From positions 4,000,001-4,064,000 of the forward strand of contig OZ250150.1 of NCBI GenBank assembly GCA_965237675.1: DNA of 64,000 nucleotides, given 5' to 3'. Below the pieces are notes generated by a model. The model was not told where the DNA came from, made no database searches, and saw only the letters and a list, made by a program, of their open reading frames with translations. The translations under genes and the position numbers were made by a program. This stretch comes from Candidatus Latescibacterota bacterium. Lineage in GTDB: Bacteria; Latescibacterota; UBA2968; GCA-2709665. This document shows positions 1 to 9,999 of the stretch, piece after piece; within the stretch, counting starts at the first letter, position 1; each line of letters starts with the position of its first letter.

Positions 1-117
1 GTCACCCTTCTCGAAGGCACGTGCGCCATCTCGGTTCGCGGCCTTTATTTCAGTTTCGATACCTTCCATAACGACGTCGAGCGCAGCCAATACGTTTGAA
101 CGATTGTCGTCGATCAC
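1..117 (-). CDS. Partial CDS (N-terminus only; runs off the window); resembles the N-terminus of Mrr_N/winged-helix proteins found near restriction loci
   Basis: GTG at 117 with GGAGG about 10 nt upstream; open frame MIDDNRSNVLAALDVVMEGIETEIKAANRDGARAFEKGD to the window edge. Family resemblance is from memory only. Confidence 0.5.
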   Translation of the reverse strand, partial: MIDDNRSNVLAALDVVMEGIETEIKAANRDGARAFEKGD

Positions 118-202
118 TGTAAACTACCTCCCAAGGTTTACGCCAGGAATTATCTGGTCAATTCCCAGGACCGTCAGTTCAACTGTTCAATTGGGCGTAC
201 GT

Positions 203-1206
203 TCATTCCCATTGTCTGCCACTCAGTTTCTGTGCAACGTCCGCCGCGTCGGCAAAGTCTCCGATTTCTTCCTTCAAGTTCACGAACCTTTTACCAAATA
301 GACCACGTTTTGATGACTTGACATAATTGGTTTCGATCGGGATACCGCAGAAAAATCGGTGGCCTGTTTCGATTTCGTAACCGCACAATTTCTTCGCATC
401 GCTAATTGCGGTAATAATCCTGCCATCATACTCGTCCGTATCGCGTCCCCGTATCAAGTCTTATCGAGTCGTCGACCGTCGTAGGTTACGTCATAAACAC
501 TGTCAATTTTCCAGAGTACACGAACTGCTTTGTCTTTGTAAATCCCCACATAGTCATGCCTTCGATACCCATGTTTAGAATGATCGAAATATATACCATG
601 CTCCCGATTGATATCGAAGCTAATTCCACACGGAACTATCCTCATTAAAAACCGTGATTGATCGACAAGACCGGTTTCATTGCAATAATCGACGTAGTCA
701 TCAGACAACGCTTGCATTTCGCTTTCATAATCTGCGAATAGTTCGTCAAGTGCGGTGCAAATCGTCTCGTATGTGGTGTTGCAAAAAACAACACCAGGAT
801 ACTCATTCCTTATGGTTTCTGAAATCCGACGTCTTTCCTCTGAGTCGATGTGTTGCTTAGTCAAGAGCAACAGAATCTGCTGTGACTCGCCTTCAAAACC
901 TTCTGCGTGACGCAGAAGCTGTTTCTCGCTAAACCCACGATCGATCTTTGATTCAATCAATATCTTGAAGCTCCTCTGTATTATCATACCGTCCGGAACC
1001 GACTTCCTTGCCTTTTTTTGTTGGTTTATTTCAATCCCAATCTCAACGGGTTCGCCAGTGATATCGGTCACGCCCGTGACATCCGTCAGGAATTTTGACG
1101 CACGTGACGCCGAATACTCATAGATTCGTGCCAATAGCTGTAAGGTATTGTTAGTTATCGTGTTTTCAGCTGAAGAATATCGTTGAAAGTAATGTATTTT
1201 GGACAT
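203..1206 (-). pseudogene. PD-(D/E)XK nuclease-like hypothetical protein, split by a 1-nt frameshift at about 455
   Basis: ORF 454-1206 (VPDG...IESK motif) ends ...DKT-TGA. ORF 203-457 begins at an overlapping TTG. One extra T gives a continuous ...DKTLIRGRDTDEY. Confidence 0.6.
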
Positions 1207-1265
1207 ACGTCTTCCCCTTTCTAGTTGTTTGATTGTCTGGCTGTGCTGCTTAACCCCGAGTCGGT

Positions 1266-1325
1266 CGGCATCTCACCGGACCGGCGACCAGTGCCCGGTC
1301 GGAAGTCAGGGACCTTCATGAGTTT
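1266..1325 (-). repeat. Degenerate duplicate of the 3' end of the Gfo/Idh/MocA gene (2469-2528)
   Basis: 22-nt exact match ggaagtcagggaccttcatgag at 1301-1322 and 2504-2525; colinear cggcatctc at 1266 and 2469 (same 1203-nt offset). Confidence 0.85.
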
Positions 1326-1327
1326 TC

Positions 1328-2299
1328 TTAGAATCTATAAACCGAGATCCGTCGAGTAAAACTTCGAGGATTTCTGGCCGGTCGACTTACGACAACCCTG
1401 CTTGATTTAGACTCTGTAATTGCCATGGGATGCCATAGCGTGAAATCGAGTTCAGGGAGATCAATAGGCGCAACTTCAAGCCCGCCGTGCATACTTAGAA
1501 GATTTACAGACGCTGTGCCAAGTTCCAGTATTCGTCCTTGCTTTGTAACCGAGATTGTCGATTCTTGATCCTGCATATTGAACTTATGGACCAGACCCCT
1601 GGTTTCAAGGCTAAAGGTTTGAATTGACCAGTTAGACACATATTCTTGAACAATGATATTGTCCCTACCATCACGGCATATATCACTTAGGAATAATTCT
1701 TCCCAATATATCTCACGACCCTTAAAAATACCCGTGCTACGAGAAAGACGCGGGCGGTTATCCCCCCACTCCACTACCCTTAGCTCTAAAATCCTTCCGT
1801 CATCATTGGCATCGATTAATTCTGTAAAAAGAAGCTCATCTCGGCTATCGTCATTGAGATCACCAACAGCCACGTGGTGTATTTCATCGAAACGAGAAAC
1901 AATCTGTTTTTCATAACTGTTGGTTGCACGATTTATGTAAAATGCAATAATGTCCGAGAGTTCATTTTCAGGCCCATCGTATCCAAAACCAACAGCAGCG
2001 AAATCAAGTTTACCATCGTTATTGAAATCACCGGCATCAAACCCTCGCCCCAGAAAAAATGTATCTGCATCTTCCCATACCTTGTTAAGCTGAGTTCCCT
2101 CAATTGCATACAACGTTAGTCCAGCTTGTCGCACAGGATTGCGTGAATGTTTCCAGTAACACATTATCTGTCCTGTGTTGTCGTCCATTACCGCTGTGGA
2201 GATACCCAAAAATTCAGGTGATTCGAAATGTTGAATTTGAGCCGACAAAGGCTGAACGAAACTGAAAAGGGCAGCAATTACCAAATGTCTCATTCTCAA
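1328..2299 (-). CDS. Secreted FG-GAP/VCBS repeat protein
   Basis: Signal-peptide-like N-terminus; motifs GDFNNDGKLD, GDLNDDSRDE, DICRDGRD; AT-richer than flanking DNA. Confidence 0.8.
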   Translation of the reverse strand: MRMRHLVIAALFSFVQPLSAQIQHFESPEFLGISTAVMDDNTGQIMCYWKHSRNPVRQAGLTLYAIEGTQLNKVWEDADTFFLGRGFDAGDFNNDGKLDFAAVGFGYDGPENELSDIIAFYINRATNSYEKQIVSRFDEIHHVAVGDLNDDSRDELLFTELIDANDDGRILELRVVEWGDNRPRLSRSTGIFKGREIYWEELFLSDICRDGRDNIIVQEYVSNWSIQTFSLETRGLVHKFNMQDQESTISVTKQGRILELGTASVNLLSMHGGLEVAPIDLPELDFTLWHPMAITESKSSRVVVSRPARNPRSFTRRISVYRF

Positions 2300-2456
2300 T
2301 CCTCCATCCTTATCACATCGCTTTTACTGAATTTGCGGCCACCGCCATTCCAACAAACATCACGGCCCGCTGTTCTTAACGTGTATCGTCGTGCGCGGTC
2401 TTCCGTACGTTTGAACGACTTGGCGCATAAATATCCTGTTTTTGTGGGCCGCCTCG

Positions 2457-3635
2457 CTACACACCCACCGGCATCTCCCCGGCGGGGCGGTCAGGACCCG
2501 GTTGGAAGTCAGGGACCTTCATGAGCTTGCTGCCTTCGACAATCGAATCGTGCGCCCGGATGGCCGGCGCGATCGTCTCCATCGCCCTGTAAACGTCCAA
2601 CGCCAGCGGCTTGCCCTCCCGCACGGCATCCCTGAAATGCGCGTGAACGTAGTAGTCGGCATCACCGTGGCCGCTGCCCCGGGCCTCTGAAGGCGCATCC
2701 GTGCGCTGATATTGCCAGTCCACCTCCGCCCAGTCGTTCATTTGCGCATCGGCGAACCACACCTTGGGCTTCTCTTTGAGCGACCGCCGCCATTCCATGC
2801 TTCCCTTCGTGCCGATGAACTGCCACCAGTGGTGGTCGCCGTGCGGGCGGGGCTGGGTAAACCCGCACAGCATCCGGATCACGGTGTCCTTTTCCGTCTT
2901 CATCAATGCGACCTGAATATCGGGGCGCGAGATCTGGGGCCAGGCGTAACTCGGCTGCTTCGTACTCATCCCGACCACCTCCACCACCCGGTCGTCCAGG
3001 ACCTTCAACACGACACTCATGTCGTGTGACCCGATACCGCCAATAATCACGGGCAGAGAGTGCAGCACCGTCGGTTCGGCTTCGGGATGGTCGGGCAGCG
3101 CCTCCACGGGATACTGCCGGCCGGTCTTGAAATCCTGGAAATACTGGCGGGTGCCGTACCACCCCACATACTGGCCCTCGGCGTAGGTGATCCTGCCCAG
3201 CCGTCCCTCCGCGACCAACTGCCGCCAGCCCTCTACAACCCCCCAGAACCGCGTCTGCTCCGCCAGGCTGTACACCAGCCCCGTCCGCTCCACATTGGTT
3301 ACAATCCGCCAGCAGTCTGCCATTGTGAACGCCGCCGGCACCTCGGAGTTCACGTGTTTTCCCGCCTCCAGCGCCTGCGCCGCCATCGCCCCCACCTCCT
3401 TCTGCCTCACGCACAGACCAACCGCATCCATTTCATCGTACGTCAGAAAATCTTCGTAATTAGCAAATACCTTCACATCGCCGCCGTAGCGGATCTCCCG
3501 CAGCGCCCGCTCCTGCAGCGGCTCAATCCAGTCGTAGATCGCCGTGATCCGATAACCCGGGACCTCCTGCAACAATCGGATCCAGTTCAGGGCACGATGA
3601 CCCAGCCCGGCGATTCCAATGCGTACCTCATCCAT
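2457..3635 (-). CDS. Gfo/Idh/MocA family oxidoreductase
   Basis: N-terminal Rossmann motif IGIAGLGHR; AGKHVNSEVP (variant of GKHVxxEKP). Confidence 0.9.
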   Translation of the reverse strand: MDEVRIGIAGLGHRALNWIRLLQEVPGYRITAIYDWIEPLQERALREIRYGGDVKVFANYEDFLTYDEMDAVGLCVRQKEVGAMAAQALEAGKHVNSEVPAAFTMADCWRIVTNVERTGLVYSLAEQTRFWGVVEGWRQLVAEGRLGRITYAEGQYVGWYGTRQYFQDFKTGRQYPVEALPDHPEAEPTVLHSLPVIIGGIGSHDMSVVLKVLDDRVVEVVGMSTKQPSYAWPQISRPDIQVALMKTEKDTVIRMLCGFTQPRPHGDHHWWQFIGTKGSMEWRRSLKEKPKVWFADAQMNDWAEVDWQYQRTDAPSEARGSGHGDADYYVHAHFRDAVREGKPLALDVYRAMETIAPAIRAHDSIVEGSKLMKVPDFQPGPDRPAGEMPVGV

Positions 3636-3687
3636 TTAGATCCCTCCAGGGTTGCAACTTGACGACCTTTTTTGCACGGGTCCACCC

Positions 3688-4791
3688 TCACCCTGTCCCG
3701 GATACCAGAACCGGACCGACAAACAACGCTTCCGGCAGCAAGCTCGTCGTCGCGCTTGAATGGGCATGGTCGAAGCCATCGGTAGTGACCTGGGCCATCG
3801 CCGTGTAAAATGCGCTTTCTCCGCTGACTCCGCTGCGGTTTCCTCCACTGTGTCCCCGAAGCCACTTCGGATCGACCAACTGCTCGCCCTTCCACTGCCC
3901 CCGTGTCGCCAGCAGATGCCCGAAACGGGCGATATCCGACGGACTCATCACCACCCAGCCCGGACCGCTTCGCACCGGGTATCCGTTGATTTCATAGGGC
4001 GGATCGAGATACGTATACGAATCAGGAATGTCCGGATAAAAGTACTTGCTTTCACTCATAGTCCTTCCCGTATACCAGTCCCAACGCTTTGCCGGAATTC
4101 CGATCTTTCCGAACAGCCGCTCATCCAGCACCTCTTTGAGGTCCCGGCCCCAAACAAATGTCAGGGCCTGGCCCAGCCGCCAAAACCCGGCGCTGCTATA
4201 GCGTTCAACAGTGCCGGGTTCCACGTGGGAATAGATGTCGTAGAAAGGGTCCCCGGTCCAGGTCGCCCACGCAGGACACCGATTTCCCGCCTCCTCTCCC
4301 GGGCGTCCCTGAGGTCCCTTCGCCCATTCGTTTCCCAGTTCCATGGGAAACCCTCCCCGGTGCGTGCCCCCTTCCTTCGGGCCGATGAGGTGGCGCCACG
4401 TGAGCGTTTCGTGGTGTCCCCGGTTAAGAATCTTGTGCGGATGTGAAAGCTCGCCTTCACCGGTCCAGGTCCTGTGGATCGGCTCATCGGGGTGCAGCAT
4501 CCCCTCTTCCACCGCAAATCCGATCAACACCCACATAAACGCCTTGCCCATCGAGGCCGTCTGGAACCGGTAATGCCGGTCACCCCAGGCATGCACCAGG
4601 TACCCTCCGCGTGTGAGCACCGTCCCCCATTTGGTCCCGGTATGGTCCTCGCCGCCAAAAGACGCGCCTCTAATGTCCAATCCTGAGAGGAAGCGGTCGA
4701 ACTTCTCATTATCCAACCCAGCTTCAGCGGGTGTAATCGCGATCCAATCGTCCTGCGGATAGGTCACCCATTCCGGGATTTCACTTGCCAC
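3688..4791 (-). CDS. Serine hydrolase, beta-lactamase/transpeptidase-like family
   Basis: SxxK (SMGK), YSS, PGTVERY and DIARFGHL motifs. Confidence 0.8.
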   Translation of the reverse strand: MASEIPEWVTYPQDDWIAITPAEAGLDNEKFDRFLSGLDIRGASFGGEDHTGTKWGTVLTRGGYLVHAWGDRHYRFQTASMGKAFMWVLIGFAVEEGMLHPDEPIHRTWTGEGELSHPHKILNRGHHETLTWRHLIGPKEGGTHRGGFPMELGNEWAKGPQGRPGEEAGNRCPAWATWTGDPFYDIYSHVEPGTVERYSSAGFWRLGQALTFVWGRDLKEVLDERLFGKIGIPAKRWDWYTGRTMSESKYFYPDIPDSYTYLDPPYEINGYPVRSGPGWVVMSPSDIARFGHLLATRGQWKGEQLVDPKWLRGHSGGNRSGVSGESAFYTAMAQVTTDGFDHAHSSATTSLLPEALFVGPVLVSGTG

Positions 4792-4914
4792 CTTTTTGTC
4801 CCCTCCGGTTGAGCTTCACGAGAGTCGGTTTACCACCGGTGTCGATTCCTCCATCGGGCAAACTATGGGCCCTCGCCAGGAATCCGATTCACGCGTTCCA
4901 AAGATTTTATCCGC

Positions 4915-5244
4915 TTAATCCATACGGGGCATCTGCGCCAGTTCCGACACCTCGAGAGATCCGCCAATTTCAAGAAATGGACAGGCTTTCGCGACCTCCA
5001 ACGCCGCATCCATGGATTCCGCTTCGATGATCGTGTATCCGGACATTGTCGTCGAGCCCCCGGCCGTAACAGACCCATCCGGGTTGATCGTCTTCGTATC
5101 TTTGAGCGGATTCGCGGGGCTGATGGCCGAGTCGCCCAGTGAAGACAGCCATTCCATGTATTTCGAAAAATGCCGCTGACCTTCCTCCGGGGTGGACGGC
5201 TCGTTGCCCCCCAGATACACGATAACGAATTGAGGCATCCGCAT
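4915..5244 (-). CDS. YciI family protein
   Basis: SGYTIIEAESMDAALEVAKACP motif. Confidence 0.85.
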   Translation of the reverse strand: MRMPQFVIVYLGGNEPSTPEEGQRHFSKYMEWLSSLGDSAISPANPLKDTKTINPDGSVTAGGSTTMSGYTIIEAESMDAALEVAKACPFLEIGGSLEVSELAQMPRMD

Positions 5245-5295
5245 TCCTCCTTTCTTGACGACGAAACTCCACGAATGGACTACACAAATTCATTC

Positions 5296-5365
5296 ACATG
5301 GATGGACAGGATACAAAGGATTATGTGGTCTTGTGTTTTCATCCTGTCTATCCTGTGTATCCATG
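5296..5365. repeat. REP-like intergenic palindrome
   Basis: Imperfect inverted repeat acatggatggacaggataca...atcctgtctatcctgtgtatccatgt. Confidence 0.65.
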
Positions 5366-5504
5366 TTGGCTGCCTTATGCACCCAACGATCCCTGTGCTC
5401 GGGACATTAGTGTTCCGGGTACATTTCCCAGCTATCAATAGAAACGGCCATTCGAACAGGAACGTTAAATGGCCACTGGTTGCGCGGTTCAGGCGGATTT
5501 TAAT

Positions 5505-5580
5505 TGGAGCGGGAAACGGGACTCGAACCCGCGACTTCAAGCTTGGGAAGCTTACGCTCTACCAACTGAGCTATTCCCGC
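5505..5580 (-). tRNA. tRNA-Gly (CCC)
   Basis: GCGGGAATAGCTCAGTTGGTAGAGCG-TAAGC-TT-CCC-AA-GCTTG...GGTTCGAGTCC...CCA forms a cloverleaf. Confidence 0.97.
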
Positions 5581-5598
5581 CCCCGTACATGCTGAAAT

Positions 5599-6552
5599 CT
5601 ACCAACTCCCCTCCGGGGTGTCAAGGCATTTGAGAATGGCATCGGCCATATCATTTTCGCCCGCCTCGATCCACGTCAGGCGGCTCTCTTTCCGAAACCA
5701 CGTGAGTTGCCGCTTGGCGTAGCGCCTTGTACCCGTCTTGATCTGCGCTGCGGTTTCAGACAGACCCAATTTGCCGTCCAGATGATCGAAAACCTCGCGA
5801 TATCCGAACGTATTCAGCGCATTGAGTTCGCGGCCATAGCCACGACGTCTCAACGCCTGGACCTCTGCGACGAGCCCGGAAGCGAACATCCGGTCCACCC
5901 GCGTTTCGATTCGCCGGTAAAGCCGCGCCCGGTCCATCCCCAGCCCGAACCACTCCGCACGCCAGTTTCTCGGCCGCTGCGGGGGTTGATCGTGAAGCAC
6001 CGAGAGCGGCGTTCCGGTCAGTTCGAAGACCTCCAGTGCGCGCACGACGCGTTTGGTATCGTTGGTGTGCAACCGTCCGGCCGCAACCGGATCGACATCG
6101 TGCAACCTGGCGTAGAGTCCGGCGGGGTCTTTCTTCGCTTCGGCCAAAAGACGTCCACGGACGGCCCGGGGGGTGCGCGGAAGCGGCGAAAAGCCGTCGA
6201 GCACCGCCTTCAGGTAGAGACCTGACCCTCCTACAAGGATGGGGACGCGATTCCGCTCCAGAATCGATTCGATTGCACGTGACGCGTCACCGGCGTAATG
6301 CCCTGCGCTATAGTGCTCATCCGGGCTCACAACGTCGATCATGTGGTGCTTCGCAAGGTCCCGCTCTTCCACCGTGGGTTTGGCCGTGCCGATGTCCATA
6401 TACCGGTAGACCTGCCGAGCGTCGGCGGAGACAACCTCTCCGCCAAGCGTTCTTGCCAGGTCGATGCCAACCCGGGTCTTGCCCGATGCGGTCGGGCCAA
6501 CAACCGCCACGACCCGGTGCGGCCTATCTGCTGAATTGCCGGTCGATTTCAT
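5599..6552 (-). CDS. miaA: tRNA dimethylallyltransferase
   Basis: GPTASGKT, SADARQVYRYMDIGTAKP, TRRYAKRQLTW; lies directly downstream of mutL. Confidence 0.97.
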   Translation of the reverse strand: MKSTGNSADRPHRVVAVVGPTASGKTRVGIDLARTLGGEVVSADARQVYRYMDIGTAKPTVEERDLAKHHMIDVVSPDEHYSAGHYAGDASRAIESILERNRVPILVGGSGLYLKAVLDGFSPLPRTPRAVRGRLLAEAKKDPAGLYARLHDVDPVAAGRLHTNDTKRVVRALEVFELTGTPLSVLHDQPPQRPRNWRAEWFGLGMDRARLYRRIETRVDRMFASGLVAEVQALRRRGYGRELNALNTFGYREVFDHLDGKLGLSETAAQIKTGTRRYAKRQLTWFRKESRLTWIEAGENDMADAILKCLDTPEGSW

Positions 6553-8356
6553 CCAGAGGCATCTTTACGACAGTTGGTCTGCCATGCGGGCAGATGAACG
6601 GTTCCCGGGTTGCGAACAGACGATCGATCAGCGCCCGCATCTCCCTTGGTGAGAGCTTCTTTCCCGTTGGGATGGCCGTGTACCGGGCATAGGCGGCCGC
6701 CAATCGATGCTCCAGCGGAGAAACGACGTTCTGGCGGCCAACCGGGACCGAAGACCGGCGCTCCTTGTCGGTCAAATCACCGACAATCTCTCGAAGAAGC
6801 CGCCCGTCTTCCCATACTTTCAGTTCCACGGGAATGGCATCCACGACCACGGTATTGCCGCCGAAATCCCGTACGCCGAAGCCCATGGCTTCCAACAGCG
6901 GCATTGCCTCTCGCACCGTCTGGATCTGCCGCAAACCAAAGTCAAGCGTGACCGGAAATAGAAGTCGCTGGCCCATGCCGGCGTTTGCTTTAAAGCAATC
7001 CAGTGTCTGTTCGTAGATCATCCGCTGGTGGGCCAGGTGCTGATCGACGAAAATCAGGCCGTTCTTGATATGCGCCAGGACATATTTGTCGTGTGCCTGC
7101 CAGACCGAGACCTGATCGACCATTTCCTCGTCGGTCAGTTCCGCATCATCCTCTGCGCCCGCTTGCTTTTCGTGGCTCTCGGCCTTTTTGTTGACGGTCA
7201 GGGCAAGCGCCATTTGCACTTCTTCCAGACCCAGAGGATCCGAAAGATAGGCCTCGGGTTCCACGAGCGCGTCCGCGACGCCACCGGCCGTTTCAGACGT
7301 GGCGGACGTGGCCCCGTTTGTGAGAAACACCGGTGCGGCAATGCCGCTGGCCACCTCCGGTATCAGGTCCTCCTCCCTCAAACATGCGCGTACAACTTCG
7401 GCAACCGCATCGTAAACCGTGGTCTCGTCCGCGAAACGCACTTCCCGCTTGGTGGGATGCACATTGACATCGAGACGGGAGGGATCCAACTCCAGAAGCA
7501 GGGCAAAGGTGGGGTGGAAGCCCTTGACGAGCAGACCGCCAAAGCCGTCGTGCACGGCGTGGGTCACTGCCCTGTCTCGTACCCAGCGACCGTTGACGAC
7601 CATCGCCTGTTGCGCACCCGACTTACGCGCCAGTTCCGGCCTGCCGGCAAACCCCCAGACGCGAATACCGTGCCGGTCACCTTCCAGAAAAACGGCGTCC
7701 TGACCCAGTTGAACGCCGAATATCGCCTCCAGCCGATGTTGACGTTCGGACCTCCCCAGGTTCAGGATTTCACGCCCGTTGTGAGAAAGCACAAATGCAA
7801 TGGAAGGATAGGCCAACGCCAGCCCCGTCAGGGCGTCCGCTACGTGTTTGAATTCGGTCTCCACACCCTTAAGAAACTTTCGCCTTGCTGGTACATTAAA
7901 AAACAGCCCGTGCACCGCGATGGTTGTGCCCCTGTCCCGGCCTGTGGACATGACGTCGCGCACCCGACCGCTTTCGACGCGCACGCGTGTGCCCTGCAGT
8001 TCCTCTACATGGCGGGTCTCAATGACCATTCGGGACACCGACGCAATACTCGGAAGCGCCTCCCCACGAAACCCCAGCGTACGGAGCGTACGCAGATCCG
8101 AAAGATCGGAAATTTTACTCGTGGCGTACCGCTCCAGGGCCAACAGGGCGTCGTCACGAGACATCCCGCAGCCGTTGTCGCTGACCCGTATGGTCTCTTT
8201 GCCGCCGCCGGCCACTTCAGCCACAATGCGGTCCGCGCCTGCATCGATGGCGTTTTCCACCAGTTCCTTCACCACAGAACCCGGCCGCTCCACGGCTTCA
8301 CCCGCGGCGATACGATTGGCGATTTCGTCGGGTAGAATGCGGATCCGATTGGGCAT
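6524..8356 (-). CDS. mutL: DNA mismatch repair endonuclease MutL
   Basis: IAAGEAVERP, GFRGEAL, DVNVHPTKREV, DQHLAHQR and CPHGRP motifs. Confidence 0.97.
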   Translation of the reverse strand: MPNRIRILPDEIANRIAAGEAVERPGSVVKELVENAIDAGADRIVAEVAGGGKETIRVSDNGCGMSRDDALLALERYATSKISDLSDLRTLRTLGFRGEALPSIASVSRMVIETRHVEELQGTRVRVESGRVRDVMSTGRDRGTTIAVHGLFFNVPARRKFLKGVETEFKHVADALTGLALAYPSIAFVLSHNGREILNLGRSERQHRLEAIFGVQLGQDAVFLEGDRHGIRVWGFAGRPELARKSGAQQAMVVNGRWVRDRAVTHAVHDGFGGLLVKGFHPTFALLLELDPSRLDVNVHPTKREVRFADETTVYDAVAEVVRACLREEDLIPEVASGIAAPVFLTNGATSATSETAGGVADALVEPEAYLSDPLGLEEVQMALALTVNKKAESHEKQAGAEDDAELTDEEMVDQVSVWQAHDKYVLAHIKNGLIFVDQHLAHQRMIYEQTLDCFKANAGMGQRLLFPVTLDFGLRQIQTVREAMPLLEAMGFGVRDFGGNTVVVDAIPVELKVWEDGRLLREIVGDLTDKERRSSVPVGRQNVVSPLEHRLAAAYARYTAIPTGKKLSPREMRALIDRLFATREPFICPHGRPTVVKMPLDEIDRQFSR

Positions 8357-8475
8357 GTCCGATAAGCCTGCCTTTGCAGCAGTGCCAGAAAAAACGCCGA
8401 GTCACACGATTCAGCTTTGACTTCGTATCGTGCCGAAGATTCCCGGACACAGGAAACCGAAAGCCGCGACGGGTC

Positions 8476-9876
8476 TCACAAACGCGCGTTCGGCCCCGTG
8501 CCGTTACTCCCGATCAGACCCTGGCGCTTCAACCGGTGGAGCGTACGATCGAATGCGTGGACAACGTGATCCAGATCTACGTCCGTATGCACCGATGCCG
8601 TTAACCCGACCAATCCGTTAAGGTCGACGCCTTCCAGTTGCATCGTGGCACGGAACGCATCCCTCAACGCCGGATCGGGCGCCTTCAGCCTGCGGTAGTC
8701 ATAGGTTCCCCCTGCTATGGCTTCCAGGCTCTGTTCCATGGGTCCGCTTTCGGGCAGGAATTTGACGCCCGAGAAATCTCCGTACACAACCCAGTCCACG
8801 GCGTGGTTCGAAATCACGCCGTTGAGACGGTTGCGCAGGACTTCGCCGTTGCGGTTTGCACGTGCGATGTGTGTTCCGTCTTCGATGGCTTTCAGGGTCA
8901 CAATCCCTGCGGCAGCGGAAACCGGATTGGCGTTAAAGGTGCCCTGGTGGGGCATTTTCCGGCAGGTATCCCATTCGCGGTCTCCCCGAAACGCCAACAG
9001 GTCCATGATATCCCGCCGACCGGCCAGACAGCCTCCCGGAAGTCCGCCCGCCAGAATTTTCGCCAGCGAGGTGAGATCCGGCTTCACGTTGTAGTAGGCC
9101 TGCGCGCCTCCGGGCGAGCATCGAAACCCGGTGATGACTTCGTCAAAGATCAAAAGTACGTCGTGCCGAAGGGTAATCCGTCGCAGTTCTTCCAGAAAAC
9201 CCGGTCGGTGGGGTACCACGCCGAACTGGGCGCCGGTAGGCTCCAGAATGACACAGGCAATATCGTCGTCCCGGTCCAGAATATCCTCGACCTGATCGAT
9301 CCGGTTCGGTGGGCACAGGCAAACGGTATCCGCAACTTCGCGAAGAACGCCGGCGGGCACCGGTTCGTCGAAATGCGGCAGTACACCCACAATAAGGTTG
9401 TCGTGCCAGCCATGAAAGTGGCCGAAAAACTTGAGCACCTTGCGCTTTCCGGTAAACGTCCGCGCCAGCCGAAGCGCCATCAGCGTCGCCTCGGTACCTG
9501 AGCTTGTAAATCGAACGCGTTCAGCAGAGGGGATCAACTTCATGACCCACCCTCCCCAATCCACTTCCAACTCGTGACACGCGCCATAGTGGGTACCACG
9601 CGCCACCTGTTCCGTGACGGCTGCCACCATCTCCGGGTAACAATGACCCAGCAGCAGCGCCCCGTGCCCCATCCAGAGATCCACGTATTCGCGGCCGTCC
9701 ACGTCCCATTTACGCCCAGCCTCGGCACGACTTACGTAAATGGGAAATGGCGCATAGCAGCGCAAGTCGTGAGTGACGCCGCTGGGAAAGATTCGCGACG
9801 CTTTTTCGTAGAGCGCCAGAGACCGGTCCAGGGCCTTTCGGAATTCTCCGTTAATATGCGTAACTGATTCTTCCAC
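8476..9876 (-). CDS. Class III PLP aminotransferase, glutamate-1-semialdehyde aminomutase-like
   Basis: SSGTEAT, FDEVITGFR, LAKILAGGLP, GTFNANP motifs. Confidence 0.85.
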   Translation of the reverse strand: MEESVTHINGEFRKALDRSLALYEKASRIFPSGVTHDLRCYAPFPIYVSRAEAGRKWDVDGREYVDLWMGHGALLLGHCYPEMVAAVTEQVARGTHYGACHELEVDWGGWVMKLIPSAERVRFTSSGTEATLMALRLARTFTGKRKVLKFFGHFHGWHDNLIVGVLPHFDEPVPAGVLREVADTVCLCPPNRIDQVEDILDRDDDIACVILEPTGAQFGVVPHRPGFLEELRRITLRHDVLLIFDEVITGFRCSPGGAQAYYNVKPDLTSLAKILAGGLPGGCLAGRRDIMDLLAFRGDREWDTCRKMPHQGTFNANPVSAAAGIVTLKAIEDGTHIARANRNGEVLRNRLNGVISNHAVDWVVYGDFSGVKFLPESGPMEQSLEAIAGGTYDYRRLKAPDPALRDAFRATMQLEGVDLNGLVGLTASVHTDVDLDHVVHAFDRTLHRLKRQGLIGSNGTGPNARL

Positions 9877-9999
9877 AGTTAATTATCTCTTTTCTTTGAT
9901 GGAGTTATCTCGGTTCCGCCGAAAGGGTTCGCGCGAGTCAGGGGTCACGAGTGGAAAAATAATGAACAACCAGAAAAAAGCAACCCGCAAAATATACTG

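Noticed and set aside
454-456. Selenocysteine or readthrough at TGA
   Set aside because: The continuation is in a different frame, so readthrough cannot join the ORFs.
8476-9876. Assigning the gene symbol hemL
   Set aside because: The family is clear, but the sequence is divergent from canonical HemL and there is no heme-pathway context.
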